Of a stretch of 64,000 bases of DNA, positions 38,701 to 50,948 are shown piece after piece. The notes beneath the pieces are model-generated. The model did not search any database and was not told the origin of the DNA. It saw only the letters and a list, made by a program, of their open reading frames with translations. A program made the position numbers and the translations under genes. Position 1 is the first letter of the stretch, and each line of letters starts with the position of its first letter. Origin of the DNA: the human T2T-CHM13v2.0 reference genome, Homo sapiens; the NCBI RefSeq assembly GCF_009914755.1, contig NC_060930.1, one strand, 5' to 3'.

Positions 38701-39733
38701 GTGGTTGTAGTATTTCCAAGCGGATATTAGAGCGCCTTGAGGCCTATGGTAGAAAAGGAAATATCTTCCCATAAAACCTAGACGGAAGCAATCTCAGAAA
38801 CTACTGTGTGATGGCTGCATTCCACACACACGGTGGAACATTTCTCTTGATAGAGCAGTTTTGAAACACTCTTTCTGTAGAATCTGCAAGTGGATAATTG
38901 GACCGCCTTGAGGCCTTCGTTGGAAACGGGATTTCTTCATGTTACTCTAGATAGAAGAATTCTCAAACACTGCTATGTGATGTTTGCATTCAAGTCACAG
39001 AGTGCAACATTCCTCTTGGTAGAGCAGTTGGGAAACACTCCTTTTGTAGAATCTGCAATGGGATATTTGGACTTCTTTGAGGCCTTCGATGGAAACGGGA
39101 TTTCTTCCTATGAATCTAGACAGAAGAATTCTCAGAAACTTCCTTGTGATGTGTGCATTCAACTCAGCGAGTGGCACCTTCCTTTGGATACAGCAGTTTT
39201 GAAACACTGTTTTTGTAGTATTTCCAAGCGGATATTTAGAGCGCCTTGAAGCCTATGCTAGAAATGGAAATAGCTCCCCATAAAACCAAGACAGAAGCAA
39301 TCTCAGAAACTAATGTGTGATGGCTGCATTCCACACACACGGTGGACCATTTCTCTTGATAGAGCAGTTTTGAAACACTCTTTCTGTAGAATCTGCAAGT
39401 GGATAATTGGACCTCCTAGAGGCCTTCGTTGGAAACGGGATTTCTTCATCTAAACCTACAGAGAAGAATTCTCAGTAACTTCTTCGGATGTGTGCATTCG
39501 ACTCACAGAATGGAACATTCCCTTTGATAGAGCAGTTTTGAGACACCGTTTTTGTAGAATTCCCAAGTGGATATTTAGAGCACTTTGAAGTCTCTGCTAG
39601 AAAAGGAAACATCTTCATGTAAAAAGTAGATAGAATCGTTCTCAGAAAGTGCTTAGTGACGTGTGCGTTCAACTCACGGAGTTTAACGTTTCTTTTGATA
39701 GAGCGTTTCTGAAACACCCTTCTTGTAGTAGCT

Positions 39734-42283
39734 GCAAGTGGATATTTGGACCTATTGGAGGCCTTCTTTGGAAATGGGATTTCTTCATGTAACTCTAGAT
39801 TGAAGAGTTCTCAGAAACTCCTTTGTGATGTGTGCATTCAATTCAAAGAGTGAAACCTCCCTTTTCACAGAGCAGTTTTGAAACACTGTTTTTGTAGGAT
39901 TTCCAAGGGGATATTTATAGCGCATTGAGCCTACGGCGGAAAAAGAAACATCTTCCTATAAAAACTGACAGAATACTTCTCAGAATCTGCTTTGCGATGT
40001 GTGCATTCAACTCACAGAGTAAAACTTTTCTTTTGATAGAGCAGTTTTGAAACACTCTTTTTGTAGTATTTGCATGTGTATATTTAGAGCGCATTGAAGC
40101 CCACAGTAGAAAAGGAAATAACTTCACCTAAAACCTAGACAGAAGCAATCTCAGAAACTACTTTGTGATGTGTACATTCAACTCACAGAGTGGAACTTTC
40201 CTCTTTATAGAGCAGTGTTGAAACACTCTTTTTGTAGAAACTGCAAGTGGATATTTGGACCTCTTTGAGGCCTTCGTTGGAAACGGGATTTCTTCCTATA
40301 ACCCTAGACAGAAGAATTTTCAGAAACCTCATTGTGATGTGTGCGTTCATCTGACAGAGTGGAGTCTTCCGTTTGATAGAGAAGTTTTGAAACCCTGTTC
40401 TTGTAGGATTTCCAAGTGGATATTTAGACCACTTTGAAGCCTATGATAGAAAAGGAAACATCTTCATGGAAAACATAGATAGAATCATTCTCAGAAACAA
40501 CTTTGTGATGTGTGCGTTGAACTCACCGTCTTTAACCTTTCTTTTGGTAGAGAAGTTTTGAAACACTCTCTTTGTAAAGTCTACAAGTGGATATTTTGAG
40601 CCCTTGGAGGCATTCTTTGGAAAAGGGAATGTCTTCACATAAAAGGCAGACAGAAGTGTTCTCAGAAACTGCTTTGTGATGTCTGTGTTCAACTCACAGA
40701 GTTTAACATTTCCTTTGATAGAGCGGTTTAGTAACCCTCTCTTTGTAGAATTTGGAAGTGTATACTAAGAGCGCTTTGAGGCCTATGGTAGAAAAGGAAA
40801 TATCTTTCCATAAAAGCTAGACAGAAGCAATCTCAGAAACTCCTTTGTGATGTCTGCATTCAACTCACCGAGTGGAACATTCCTCTTGATAGAGCAGTTT
40901 GGAAACACTCTTTCTGTAGAATCAGCTTGTTTGTATTTGGACCTCCTTGAGGCCTTCGTTGGAAACGGGTTTTCATCTTATAAACCCAGACAGAAGAATT
41001 CTCAGAGTCTTCTTTGTGATGTGTGCTTTCAACTCACCGAGATAAAGATTTCTCTTGATAGAGCAATTTGGAAACACTCTTTTTGTAGAATTTGCAAGGG
41101 TACATTGAGAGCGCTTTGAGGCCTATGGTAGAAAAGGGAATATCTTTCCATAAAAGGTAGACAGAAGCAATCTCAGAAACTACTTTGTGATGTGTGCATT
41201 CAACTCACCGAGTGCAACGTTCCTCTTGACCGAGCAGTTTGGAAACATTGTTTCTGTAGAATCTGCAAGTGGATATTTGGACCTCTTTGAGGCCTTCGTT
41301 GGAAACGGGATTTCTTCCTATAAACCCAGACAGAAGAATTCTCAGAGACTTCTTTGTGATGTGTGAATTCAACTCACAGTGTGGATCCTTCCTTTTGATA
41401 GAGCAGTTTTGAAACCCTGTTTTTGTAGTATTTCCAAGCGGATATTTGGAACGCCTTGAAGCGTATGGTAGAAAAGGAAATATCTTCCCATAAAACCTAG
41501 ACAGAACCAATCTCAGAAACGACTTTGTGATGTCTGCATTCAAGTCACAGAGTTGAACATTTCTCTTGATAGAGCAGTTTTGAAACCCTCTTTCTGAAGG
41601 ATCTGCAAGTGGATATTTGGAACTCCTTTGGGTCTTCGTTGGAAACGGGATTTCTTCGTATAAATCTAGACAGAAGAATTCTCAGAAACTTCCTTGTGAT
41701 GTGTGCATTCAACTCAGCGAGTGGCACCTTCCTTTGGATACAGCAGTTTTGAAACACTGTTTTTGTACTATTTCCAAGCGGATATTTAGAGCGCCTTGAA
41801 GCCTATGCTAGAAATGGAAATATCTCCCCATAAAACCAAGACAGAAGCAATCTCAGAAACTAATGTGTGATGGCTGCATTCCACACACACGGTGGACCAT
41901 TTCTCTTGATAGAGCAGTTTTGAAACACTCTTTCTGTAGAATCTGCAAGTGGATAATTGGACCTCCTAGAGGCCTTCGTTGGAAACGGGATTTCTTCATC
42001 TAAACCTACAGAGAAGTATTCTCAGTAACTTCTTCGGATGTGTGCATTCGACGCACAGAATGGAACATTCCCTTTGATAGAGCAGTTTTGAGACACCGTT
42101 TTTGTAGAATTCCCAAGTGGATATTTAGAGCACTTTGAAGTCTCTGCTAGAAAAGGAAACATCTTCATGTAAAAAGTAGATAGAATCGTTCTCAGAAAGT
42201 GCTTAGTGTCGTGTGCGTTCAACTCACAGAGTTTAACGTTTCTTTTGATAGAGCGTTTCTGAAACACCCTTCTTGTAGTAGCT
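39734..42283 (+). repeat. 15-mer HOR deletion variant, copy 1 (2550 bp, includes a private 1-bp deletion near 39966)
   Basis: Hybrid junction CGTATAAATCTAGACAGAAGAATTCTCAGAAACTTCCTTG, crossover window 41663-41683; 506 bp missing. Confidence 0.95.
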
Positions 42284-45200
42284 GCAAGTGGATATTTGGA
42301 CCTATTGGAGGCCTTCTTTGGAAATGGGATTTCTTCATGTAACTCTAGATTGAAGAATTCTCAGAAACTCCTTTGTGATGTGTGCATTCAATTCAAAGAG
42401 TGATACCTCTCTTTTCACAGAGCAGTTTTGAAACACTGTTTTTGTAGGATTTCCAAGGGGATATTTATAGCGCATTGAGCCTACGGCGGAAAAAGAAACA
42501 TCTTCCTATAAAAACTAGACAGAATACTTCTCAGAATCTGCTTTGCGATGTGTGCGTTCAACTCACAGAGTAAAACTTTTCTTTTGATAGAGCAGTTTTG
42601 AAACACTCTTTTTGTAGTATTTGCATGTGTATATTTAGAGCGCATTGAAGCCCACAGTAGAAAAGGAAATAACTTCACCTAAAACCTAGACAGAAGCAAT
42701 CACAGAAACTACTTTGTGATGTGTACATTCAACTCACAGAGTGGAACTTTCCTCTTTATAGAGCAGTGTTGAAACACTCTTTTTGTAGAAACTGCAAGTG
42801 GATATTTGGACCTCTTTGAGGCCTTCGTTGGAAACGGGATTTCTTCCTATAACCCTAGACAGAAGAATTTTCAGAAACCTCATTGTGATGTGTGCGTTCA
42901 TCTCACAGAGTGGAGTCTTCCGTTTGATAGAGAAGTTTTGAAACCCTGTTCTTGTAGGATTTCCAAGTGGATATTTAGACCACTTTGAAGCCTATGATAG
43001 AAAAGGAAACATCTTCATGGAAAACATAGATAGAATCATCCTCAGAAACAACTTTGTGATGTGTGCGTTGAACTCACCGTCTTTAACCTTTCTTTTGGTA
43101 GAGAAGTTTTGAAACACTCTCTTTGTAAAGTCTACAAGTGGATATTTTGAGCCCTTGGAGGCATTCTTTGGAAAAGGGAATGTCTTCACATAAAAGGCAG
43201 ACGGAAGTGTTCTCAGAAACTGCTTTGTGATGTCTGTGTTCAACTCACAGAGTTTAACATTTCCTTTGATAGAGCGGTTTAGTAACCCTCTCTTTGTAGA
43301 ATTTGGAAGTGTATACTAAGAGCGCTTTGAGGCCTATGGTAGAAAAGGAAATATCTTTCCATAAAAGCTAGACAGAAGCAATCTCAGAAACTCCTCTGTG
43401 ATGTCTGCATTCAACTCACCGAGTGGAACATTCCTCTTGATAGAGCAGTTTGGAAACACTCTTTCTGTAGAATCAGCTTGTTTGTATTTGGACCTCCTTG
43501 AGGCCTTCGTTGGAAACGGGTTTTCATCTTATAAACCCAGACAGAAGAATTCTCAGAGTCTTCTTTGTGATGTGTGCTTTCAACTCACCGAGATAAAGAT
43601 TTCTCTTGATAGAGCAATTTGGAAACACTCTTTTTGTAGAATTTGCAAGGGTACATTGAGAGCGCTTTCAGGCCTATGGTAGAAAAGGGAATATCTTTCC
43701 ATAAAAGGTAGACAGAAGCAATCTCAGAAACTACTTTGTGATGTGTGCATTCAACTCACCGAGTGCAACGTTCCTCTTGACCGAGCAGTTTGGAAACATT
43801 GTTTCTGTAGAATCTGCAAGTGGATATTTGGACCTCTTTGAGGCCTTCGTTGGAAACGGGATTTCTTCCTATAAACCCAGACAGAAGAATTCTCAGAGAC
43901 TTCTTTGTGATGTGTGAATTCAACTCACAGTGTGGATCCTTCCTTTTGATAGAGCAGTTTTGAAACCCTGTTTTTGTAGTATTTCCAAGCGGATATTTGG
44001 AACGCCTTGAAGCGTATGGTAGAAAAGGAAATATCTTCCCATAAAACCTAGACAGAACCAATCTCAGAAACGACTTTGTGATGTCTGCATTCAAGTCACA
44101 GAGTTGAACATTTCTCTTGAGAGAGCAGTTTTGAAACCCTCTTTCTGAAGGATCTGCAAGTGGATATTTGGAACTCCTTTGGGTCTTCGTTGGAAACGGG
44201 ATTTCTTCGTATAAATCTAGACAGAAGAATTCTCCGAAACTTCTTTGGTTGTGTGCATTCAAGTCACAGAGTGGAACCTTCCTTTGGATAGAGCAGTTTG
44301 AAACGCCGTGGTTGTAGTATTTCCAAGCGGATATTAGAGCGCCTTGAGGCCTATGGTAGAAAAGGAAATATCTTCCCATAAAACCTAGACGGAAGCAATC
44401 TCAGAAACTACTGTGTGATGGCTGCATTCCACACACACGGTGGAACATTTCTCTTGATAGAGCAGTTTTGAAACACTCTTTCTGTAGAATCTGCAAGTGG
44501 ATAATTGGACCGCCTTGAGGCCTTCGTTGGAAACGGGATTTCTTCATGTTACTCTAGATAGAAGAATTCTCAAACACTGCTATGTGATGTTTGCATTCAA
44601 GTCACAGAGTGCAACATTCCTCTTGGTAGAGCAGTTGGGAAACACTCCTTTTGTAGAATCTGCAATGGGATATTTGGACTTCTTTGAGGCCTTCGTTGGA
44701 AACGGGATTTCTTCGTATGAATCTAGACAGAAGAATTCTCAGAAACTTCCTTGTGATGTGTGCATTCAACTCAGCGAGTGGCACCTTCCTTTGGATACAG
44801 CAGTTTTGAAACACTGTTTTTGTAGTATTTCCAAGCGGATATTTAGAGCGCCTTGAAGCCTATGCTAGAAATGGAAATATCTCCCCATAAAACCAAGACA
44901 GAAGCAATCTCAGAAACTAATGTGTGATGGCTGCATTCCACACACACGGTGGACCATTTCTCTTGATAGAGCAGTTTTGAAACACTCTTTCTGTAGAATC
45001 TGCAAGTGGATAATTGGACCTCCTAGAGGCCTTCGTTGGAAACGGGATTTCTTCATCTAAACCTACAGAGAAGAATTCTCAGTAACTTCTTCGGATGTGT
45101 GCATTCGATGCACCGAATGGAACATTCCCTTTGATAGAGCAGTTTTGAGACACCGTTTTTGTAGAATTCCCAAGTGGATATTTAGAGCACTTTGAAGTCT

Positions 45201-45340
45201 CTGCTAGAAAAGGAAACATCTTCATGTAAAAAGTGGATAGAATCGTTCTCAGAAAGTGCTTAGTGACGTGTGCGTTCAACTCACAGAGTTTAACGTTTCT
45301 TTTGATAGAGCGTTTCTGAAACACCCTTCTTGTAGTAGCT

Positions 45341-47891
45341 GCAAGTGGATATTTGGACCTATTGGAGGCCTTCTTTAGAAATGGGATTTCTTCATGTAAC
45401 TCTAGATTGAAGAGTTCTCAGAAACTCCTTTGTGATGTGTGCATTCAATTCAAAGAGTGAAACCTCCCTTTTCACAGAGCAGTTTTGAAACACTGTTTTT
45501 GTAGGATTTCCAAGGGGATATTTATAGCGCATTGAGCCTACGGCGGAAAAAGAAACATCTTCCTATAAAAACTAGACAGAATACTTCTCAGAATCTGCTT
45601 TGCGATGTGTGCGTTCAACTCACAGAGTAAAACTTTTCTTTTGATAGAGCAGTTTTGAAACACTCTTTTTGTAGTATTTGCATGTGTATATTTAGAGCGC
45701 ATTGAAGCCCACAGTAGAAAAGGAAATAACTTCACCTAAAACCTAGACAGAAGCAATCTCAGAAACTACTTTGTGATGTGTACATTCAACTCACAGAGTG
45801 GAACTTTCCTCTTTATAGAGCAGTGTTGAAACACTCTTTTTGTAGAAACTGCAAGTGGATATTTGGACCTCTTTGAGGCCTTCGTTGGAAACGGGATTTC
45901 TTCCTATAACCCTAGACAGAAGAATTTTCAGAAACCTCATTGTGATGTGTGCGTTCATCTCACAGAGTGGAGTCTTCCGTTTGATAGAGAAGTTTTGAAA
46001 CCCTGTTCTTGTAGGATTTCCAAGTGGATATTTAGACCACTTTGAAGCCTATGATAGAAAAGGAAACATCTTCATGGAAAACATAGATAGAATCATTCTC
46101 AGAAACAACTTTGTGATGTGTGCGTTGAACTCACCGTCTTTAACCTTTCTTTTGGTAGAGAAGTTTTGAAACACTCTCTTTGTAAAGTCTACAAGTGGAT
46201 ATTTTGAGCCCTTGGAGGCATTTTTTGGAAAAGGGAATGTCTTCACATAAAAGGCAGACGGAAGTGTTCTCAGAAACTGCTTTGTGATGTCTGTGTTCAA
46301 CTCACAGAGTTTAACATTTCCTTTGATAGAGCGGTTTAGTAACCCTCTCTTTGTAGAATTTGGAAGTGTATACTAAGAGCGCTTTGAGGCCTATGGTAGA
46401 AAAGGAAATATCTTTCCATAAAAGCTAGACAGAAGCAATCTCAGAAACTCCTCTGTGATGTCTGCATTCAACTCACCGAGTGGAACATTCCTCTTGATAG
46501 AGCAGTTTGGAAACACTCTTTCTGTATAATCAGCTTGTTTGTATTTGGACCTCCTTGAGGCCTTCGTTGGAAACGGGTTTTCATCTTATAAACCCAGACA
46601 GAAGAATTCTCAGAGTCTTCTTTGTGATGTGTGCTTTCAACTCACCGAGATAAAGATTTCTCTTGATAGAGCAATTTGGAAACACTCTTTTTGTAGAATT
46701 TGCAAGGGTACATTGAGAGCGCTTTCAGGCCTATGGTAGAAAAGGGAATATCTTTCCATAAAAGGTAGACAGAAGCAATCTCAGAAACTACTTTGTGATG
46801 TGTGCATTCAACTCACCGAGTGCAACGTTCCTCTTGACCGAGCAGTTTGGAAACATTGTTTCTGTAGAATCTGCAAGTGGATATTTGGACCTCTTTGAGG
46901 CCTTCGTTGGAAACGGGATTTCTTCCTATAAACCCAGACAGAAGAATTCTCAGAGACTTCTTTGTGATGTGTGAATTCAACTCACAGTGTGGATCCTTCC
47001 TTTTGATAGAGCAGTTTTGAAACCCTGTTTTTGTAGTATTTCCAAGCGGATATTTGGAACGCCTTGAAGCGTATGGTAGAAAAGGAAATATCTTCCCATA
47101 AAACCTAGACAGAACCAATCTCAGAAACGACTTTGTGATGTCTGCATTCAAGTCACAGAGTTGAACATTTCTCTTGATAGAGCAGTTTTGAAACCCTCTT
47201 TCTGAAGGATCTGCAAGTGGATATTTGGAACTCCTTTGGGTCTTCGTTGGAAACGGGATTTCTTCGTATAAATCTAGACAGAAGAATTCTCAGAAACTTC
47301 CTTGTGATGTGTGCATTCAACTCAGCGAGTGGCACCTTCCTTTGGATACAGCAGTTTTGAAACACTGTTTTTGTACTATTTCCAAGCGGATATTTAGAGC
47401 GCCTTGAAGCCTATGCTAGAAATGGAAATATCTCCCCATAAAACCAAGACAGAAGCAATCTCAGAAACTAATGTGTGATGGCTGCATTCCACACACACGG
47501 TGGACCATTTCTCTTGATAGAGCAGTTTTGAAACACTCTTTCTGTAGAATCTGCAAGTGGATAATTGGACCTCCTAGAGGCCTTCGTTGGAAACGGGATT
47601 TCTTCATCTAAACCTACAGAGAAGTATTCTCAGTAACTTCTTCGGATGTGTGCATTCGACGCACAGAATGGAACATTCCCTTTGATAGAGCAGTTTTGAG
47701 ACACCGTTTTTGTAGAATTCCCAAGTGGATATTTAGAGCACTTTGAAGTCTCTGCTAGAAAAGGAAACATCTTCATGTAAAAAGTAGATAGAATCGTTCT
47801 CAGAAAGTGCTTAGTGTCGTGTGCGTTCAACTCACAGAGTTTAACGTTTCTTTTGATAGAGCGTTTCTGAAACACCCTTCTTGTAGTAGCT
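45341..47891 (+). repeat. 15-mer HOR deletion variant, copy 2 (2551 bp)
   Basis: Same hybrid junction at 47271-47291. Confidence 0.95.
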
Positions 47892-50800
47892 GCAAGTGGA
47901 TATTTGGACCTATTGGAGGCCTTCTTTGGAAATGGGATTTCTTCATGTAACTCTAGATTGAAGAATTCTCAGAAACTCCTTTGTGATGTGTGCATTCAAT
48001 TCAAAGAGTGAAACCTCTCTTTTCACAGAGCAGTTTTGAAACACTGTTTTTGTAGGATTTCCAAGGGGATATTTATAGCGCATTGAGCCTACGGCGGAAA
48101 AAGAAACATCTTCCTATAAAAACTAGACAGAATACTTCTCAGAATCTGCTTTGCGATGTGTGCGTTCAACTCACAGAGTAAAACTTTTCTTTTGATAGAG
48201 CAGTTTTGAAACACTCTTTTTGTAGTATTTGCATGTGTATATTTAGAGCGCATTGAAGCCCACAGTAGAAAAGGAAATAACTTCACCTAAAACCTAGACA
48301 GAAGCAATCACAGAAACTACTTTGTGATGTGTACATTCAACTCACAGAGTGGAACTTTCCTCTTTATAGAGCAGTGTTGAAACACTCTTTTTGTAGAAAC
48401 TGCAAGTGGATATTTGGACCTCTTTGAGGCCTTCGTTGGAAACGGGATTTCTTCCTATAACCCTAGACAGAAGAATTTTCAGAAACCTCATTGTGATGTG
48501 TGCGTTCATCTCACAGAGTGGAGTCTTCCGTTTGATAGAGAAGTTTTGAAACCCTGTTCTTGTAGGATTTCCAAGTGGATATTTAGACCACTTTGAAGCC
48601 TATGATAGAAAAGGAAACATCTTCATGGAAAACATAGATAGAATCATCCTCAGAAACAACTTTGTGATGTGTGCGTTGAACTCACCGTCTTTAACCTTTC
48701 TTTTGGTAGAGAAGTTTTGAAACACTCTCTTTGTAAAGTCTACAAGTGGATATTTTGAGCCCTTGGAGGCATTCTTTGGAAAAGGGAATGTCTTCACATA
48801 AAAGGCAGACGGAAGTGTTCTCAGAAACTGCTTTGTGATGTCTGTGTTCAACTCACAGAGTTTAACATTTCCTTTGATAGAGCGGTTTAGTAACCCTCTC
48901 TTTGTAGAATTTGGAAGTGTATACTAAGAGCGCTTTGAGGCCTATGGTAGAAAAGGAAATATCTTTCCATAAAAGCTAGACAGAAGCAATCTCAGAAACT
49001 CCTCTGTGATGTCTGCATTCAACTCACCGAGTGGAACATTCCTCTTGAGAGAGCAGTTTGGAAACACTCTTTCTGTAGAATCAGCTTGTTTGTATTTGGA
49101 CCTCCTTGAGGCCTTCGTTGGAAACGGGTTTTCATCTTATAAACCCAGACAGAAGAATTCTCAGAGTCTTCTTTGTGATGTGTGCTTTCAACTCACCGAG
49201 ATAAAGATTTCTCTTGATAGAGCAATTTGGAAACACTCTTTTTGTAGAATTTGCAAGGGTACATTGAGAGCGCTTTCAGGCCTATGGTAGAAAAGGGAAT
49301 ATCTTTCCATAAAAGGTAGACAGAAGCAATCTCAGAAACTACTTTGTGATGTGTGCATTCAACTCACCGAGTGCAACGTTCCTCTTGACCGAGCAGTTTG
49401 GAAACATTGTTTCTGTAGAATCTGCAAGTGGATATTTGGACCTCTTTGAGGCCTTCGTTGGAAACGGGATTTCTTCCTATAAACCCAGACAGAAGAATTC
49501 TCAGAGACTTCTTTGTGATGTGTGAATTCAACTCACAGTGTGGATCCTTCCTTTTGATAGAGCAGTTTTGAAACCCTGTTTTTGTAGTATTTCCAAGCGG
49601 ATATTTGGAACGCCTTGAAGCGTATGGTAGAAAAGGAAATATCTTCCCATAAAACCTAGACAGAACCAATCTCAGAAACGACTTTGTGATGTCTGCATTC
49701 AAGTCACAGAGTTGAACATTTCTCTTGATAGAGCAGTTTTGAAACCCTCTTTCTGAAGGATCTGCAAGTGGATATTTGGAACTCCTTTGGGTCTTCGTTG
49801 GAAACGGGATTTCTTCGTATAAATCTAGACAGAAGAATTCTCCGAAACTTCTTTGGTTGTGTGCATTCAAGTCACAGAGTGGAACCTTCCTTTGGATAGA
49901 GCAGTTTGAAACGCCGTGGTTGTAGTATTTCCAAGCGGATATTAGAGCGCCTTGAGGCCTATGGTAGAAAAGGAAATATCTTCCCATAAAACCTAGACGG
50001 AAGCAATCTCAGAAACTACTGTGTGATGGCTGCATTCCACACACACGGTGGAACATTTCTCTTGATAGAGCAGTTTTGAAACACTCTTTCTGTAGAATCT
50101 GCAAGTGGATAATTGGACCGCCTTGAGGCCTTCGTTGGAAACGGGATTTCTTCATGTTACTCTAGATAGAAGAATTCTCAAACACTGCTATGTGATGTTT
50201 GCATTCAAGTCACAGAGTGCAACATTCCTCTTGGTAGAGCAGTTGGGAAACACTCCTTTTGTAGAATCTGCAATGGGATATTTGGACTTCTTTGAGGCCT
50301 TCGTTGGAAACGGGATTTCTTCGTATGAATCTAGACAGAAGAATTCTCAGAAACTTCCTTGTGATGTGTGCATTCAACTCAGCGAGTGGCACCTTCCTTT
50401 GGATACAGCAGTTTTGAAACACTGTTTTTGTAGTATTTCCAAGCGGATATTTAGAGCGCCTTGAAGCCTATGCTAGAAATGGAAATATCTCCCCATAAAA
50501 CCAAGACAGAAGCAATCTCAGAAACTAATGTGTGATGGCTGCATTCCACACACACGGTGGACCATTTCTCTTGATAGAGCAGTTTTGAAACACTCTTTCT
50601 GTAGAATCTGCAAGTGGATAATTGGACCTCCTAGAGGCCTTCGTTGGAAACGGGATTTCTTCATCTAAACCTACAGAGAAGAATTCTCAGTAACTTCTTC
50701 GGATGTGTGCATTCGACGCACCGAATGGAACATTCCCTTTGATAGAGCAGTTTTGAGACACCGTTTTTGTAGAATTCCCAAGTGGATATTTAGAGCACTT

Positions 50801-50948
50801 TGAAGTCTCTGCTAGAAAAGGAAACATCTTCATGTAAAAAGTAGATAGAATCGTTCTCAGAAAGTGCTTAGTGACGTGTGCGTTCAACTCACAGAGTTTA
50901 ACGTTTCTTTTGATAGAGCGTTTCTGAAACACCCTTCTTGTAGTAGCT

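Larger units (their letters stand above)
1..39733 (+). repeat. Block of 13 full-length 18-mer HOR copies (3054-3057 bp each)
   Basis: The arbitrary phase marker GCAAGTGGATATTTGGACCTATTGGAGG recurs at 1, 3057, 6114, 9171, 12225, 15279, 18336, 21392, 24449, 27506, 30563, 33620, 36677 and 39734. The ORF track repeats with the same period. Confidence 0.96.
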
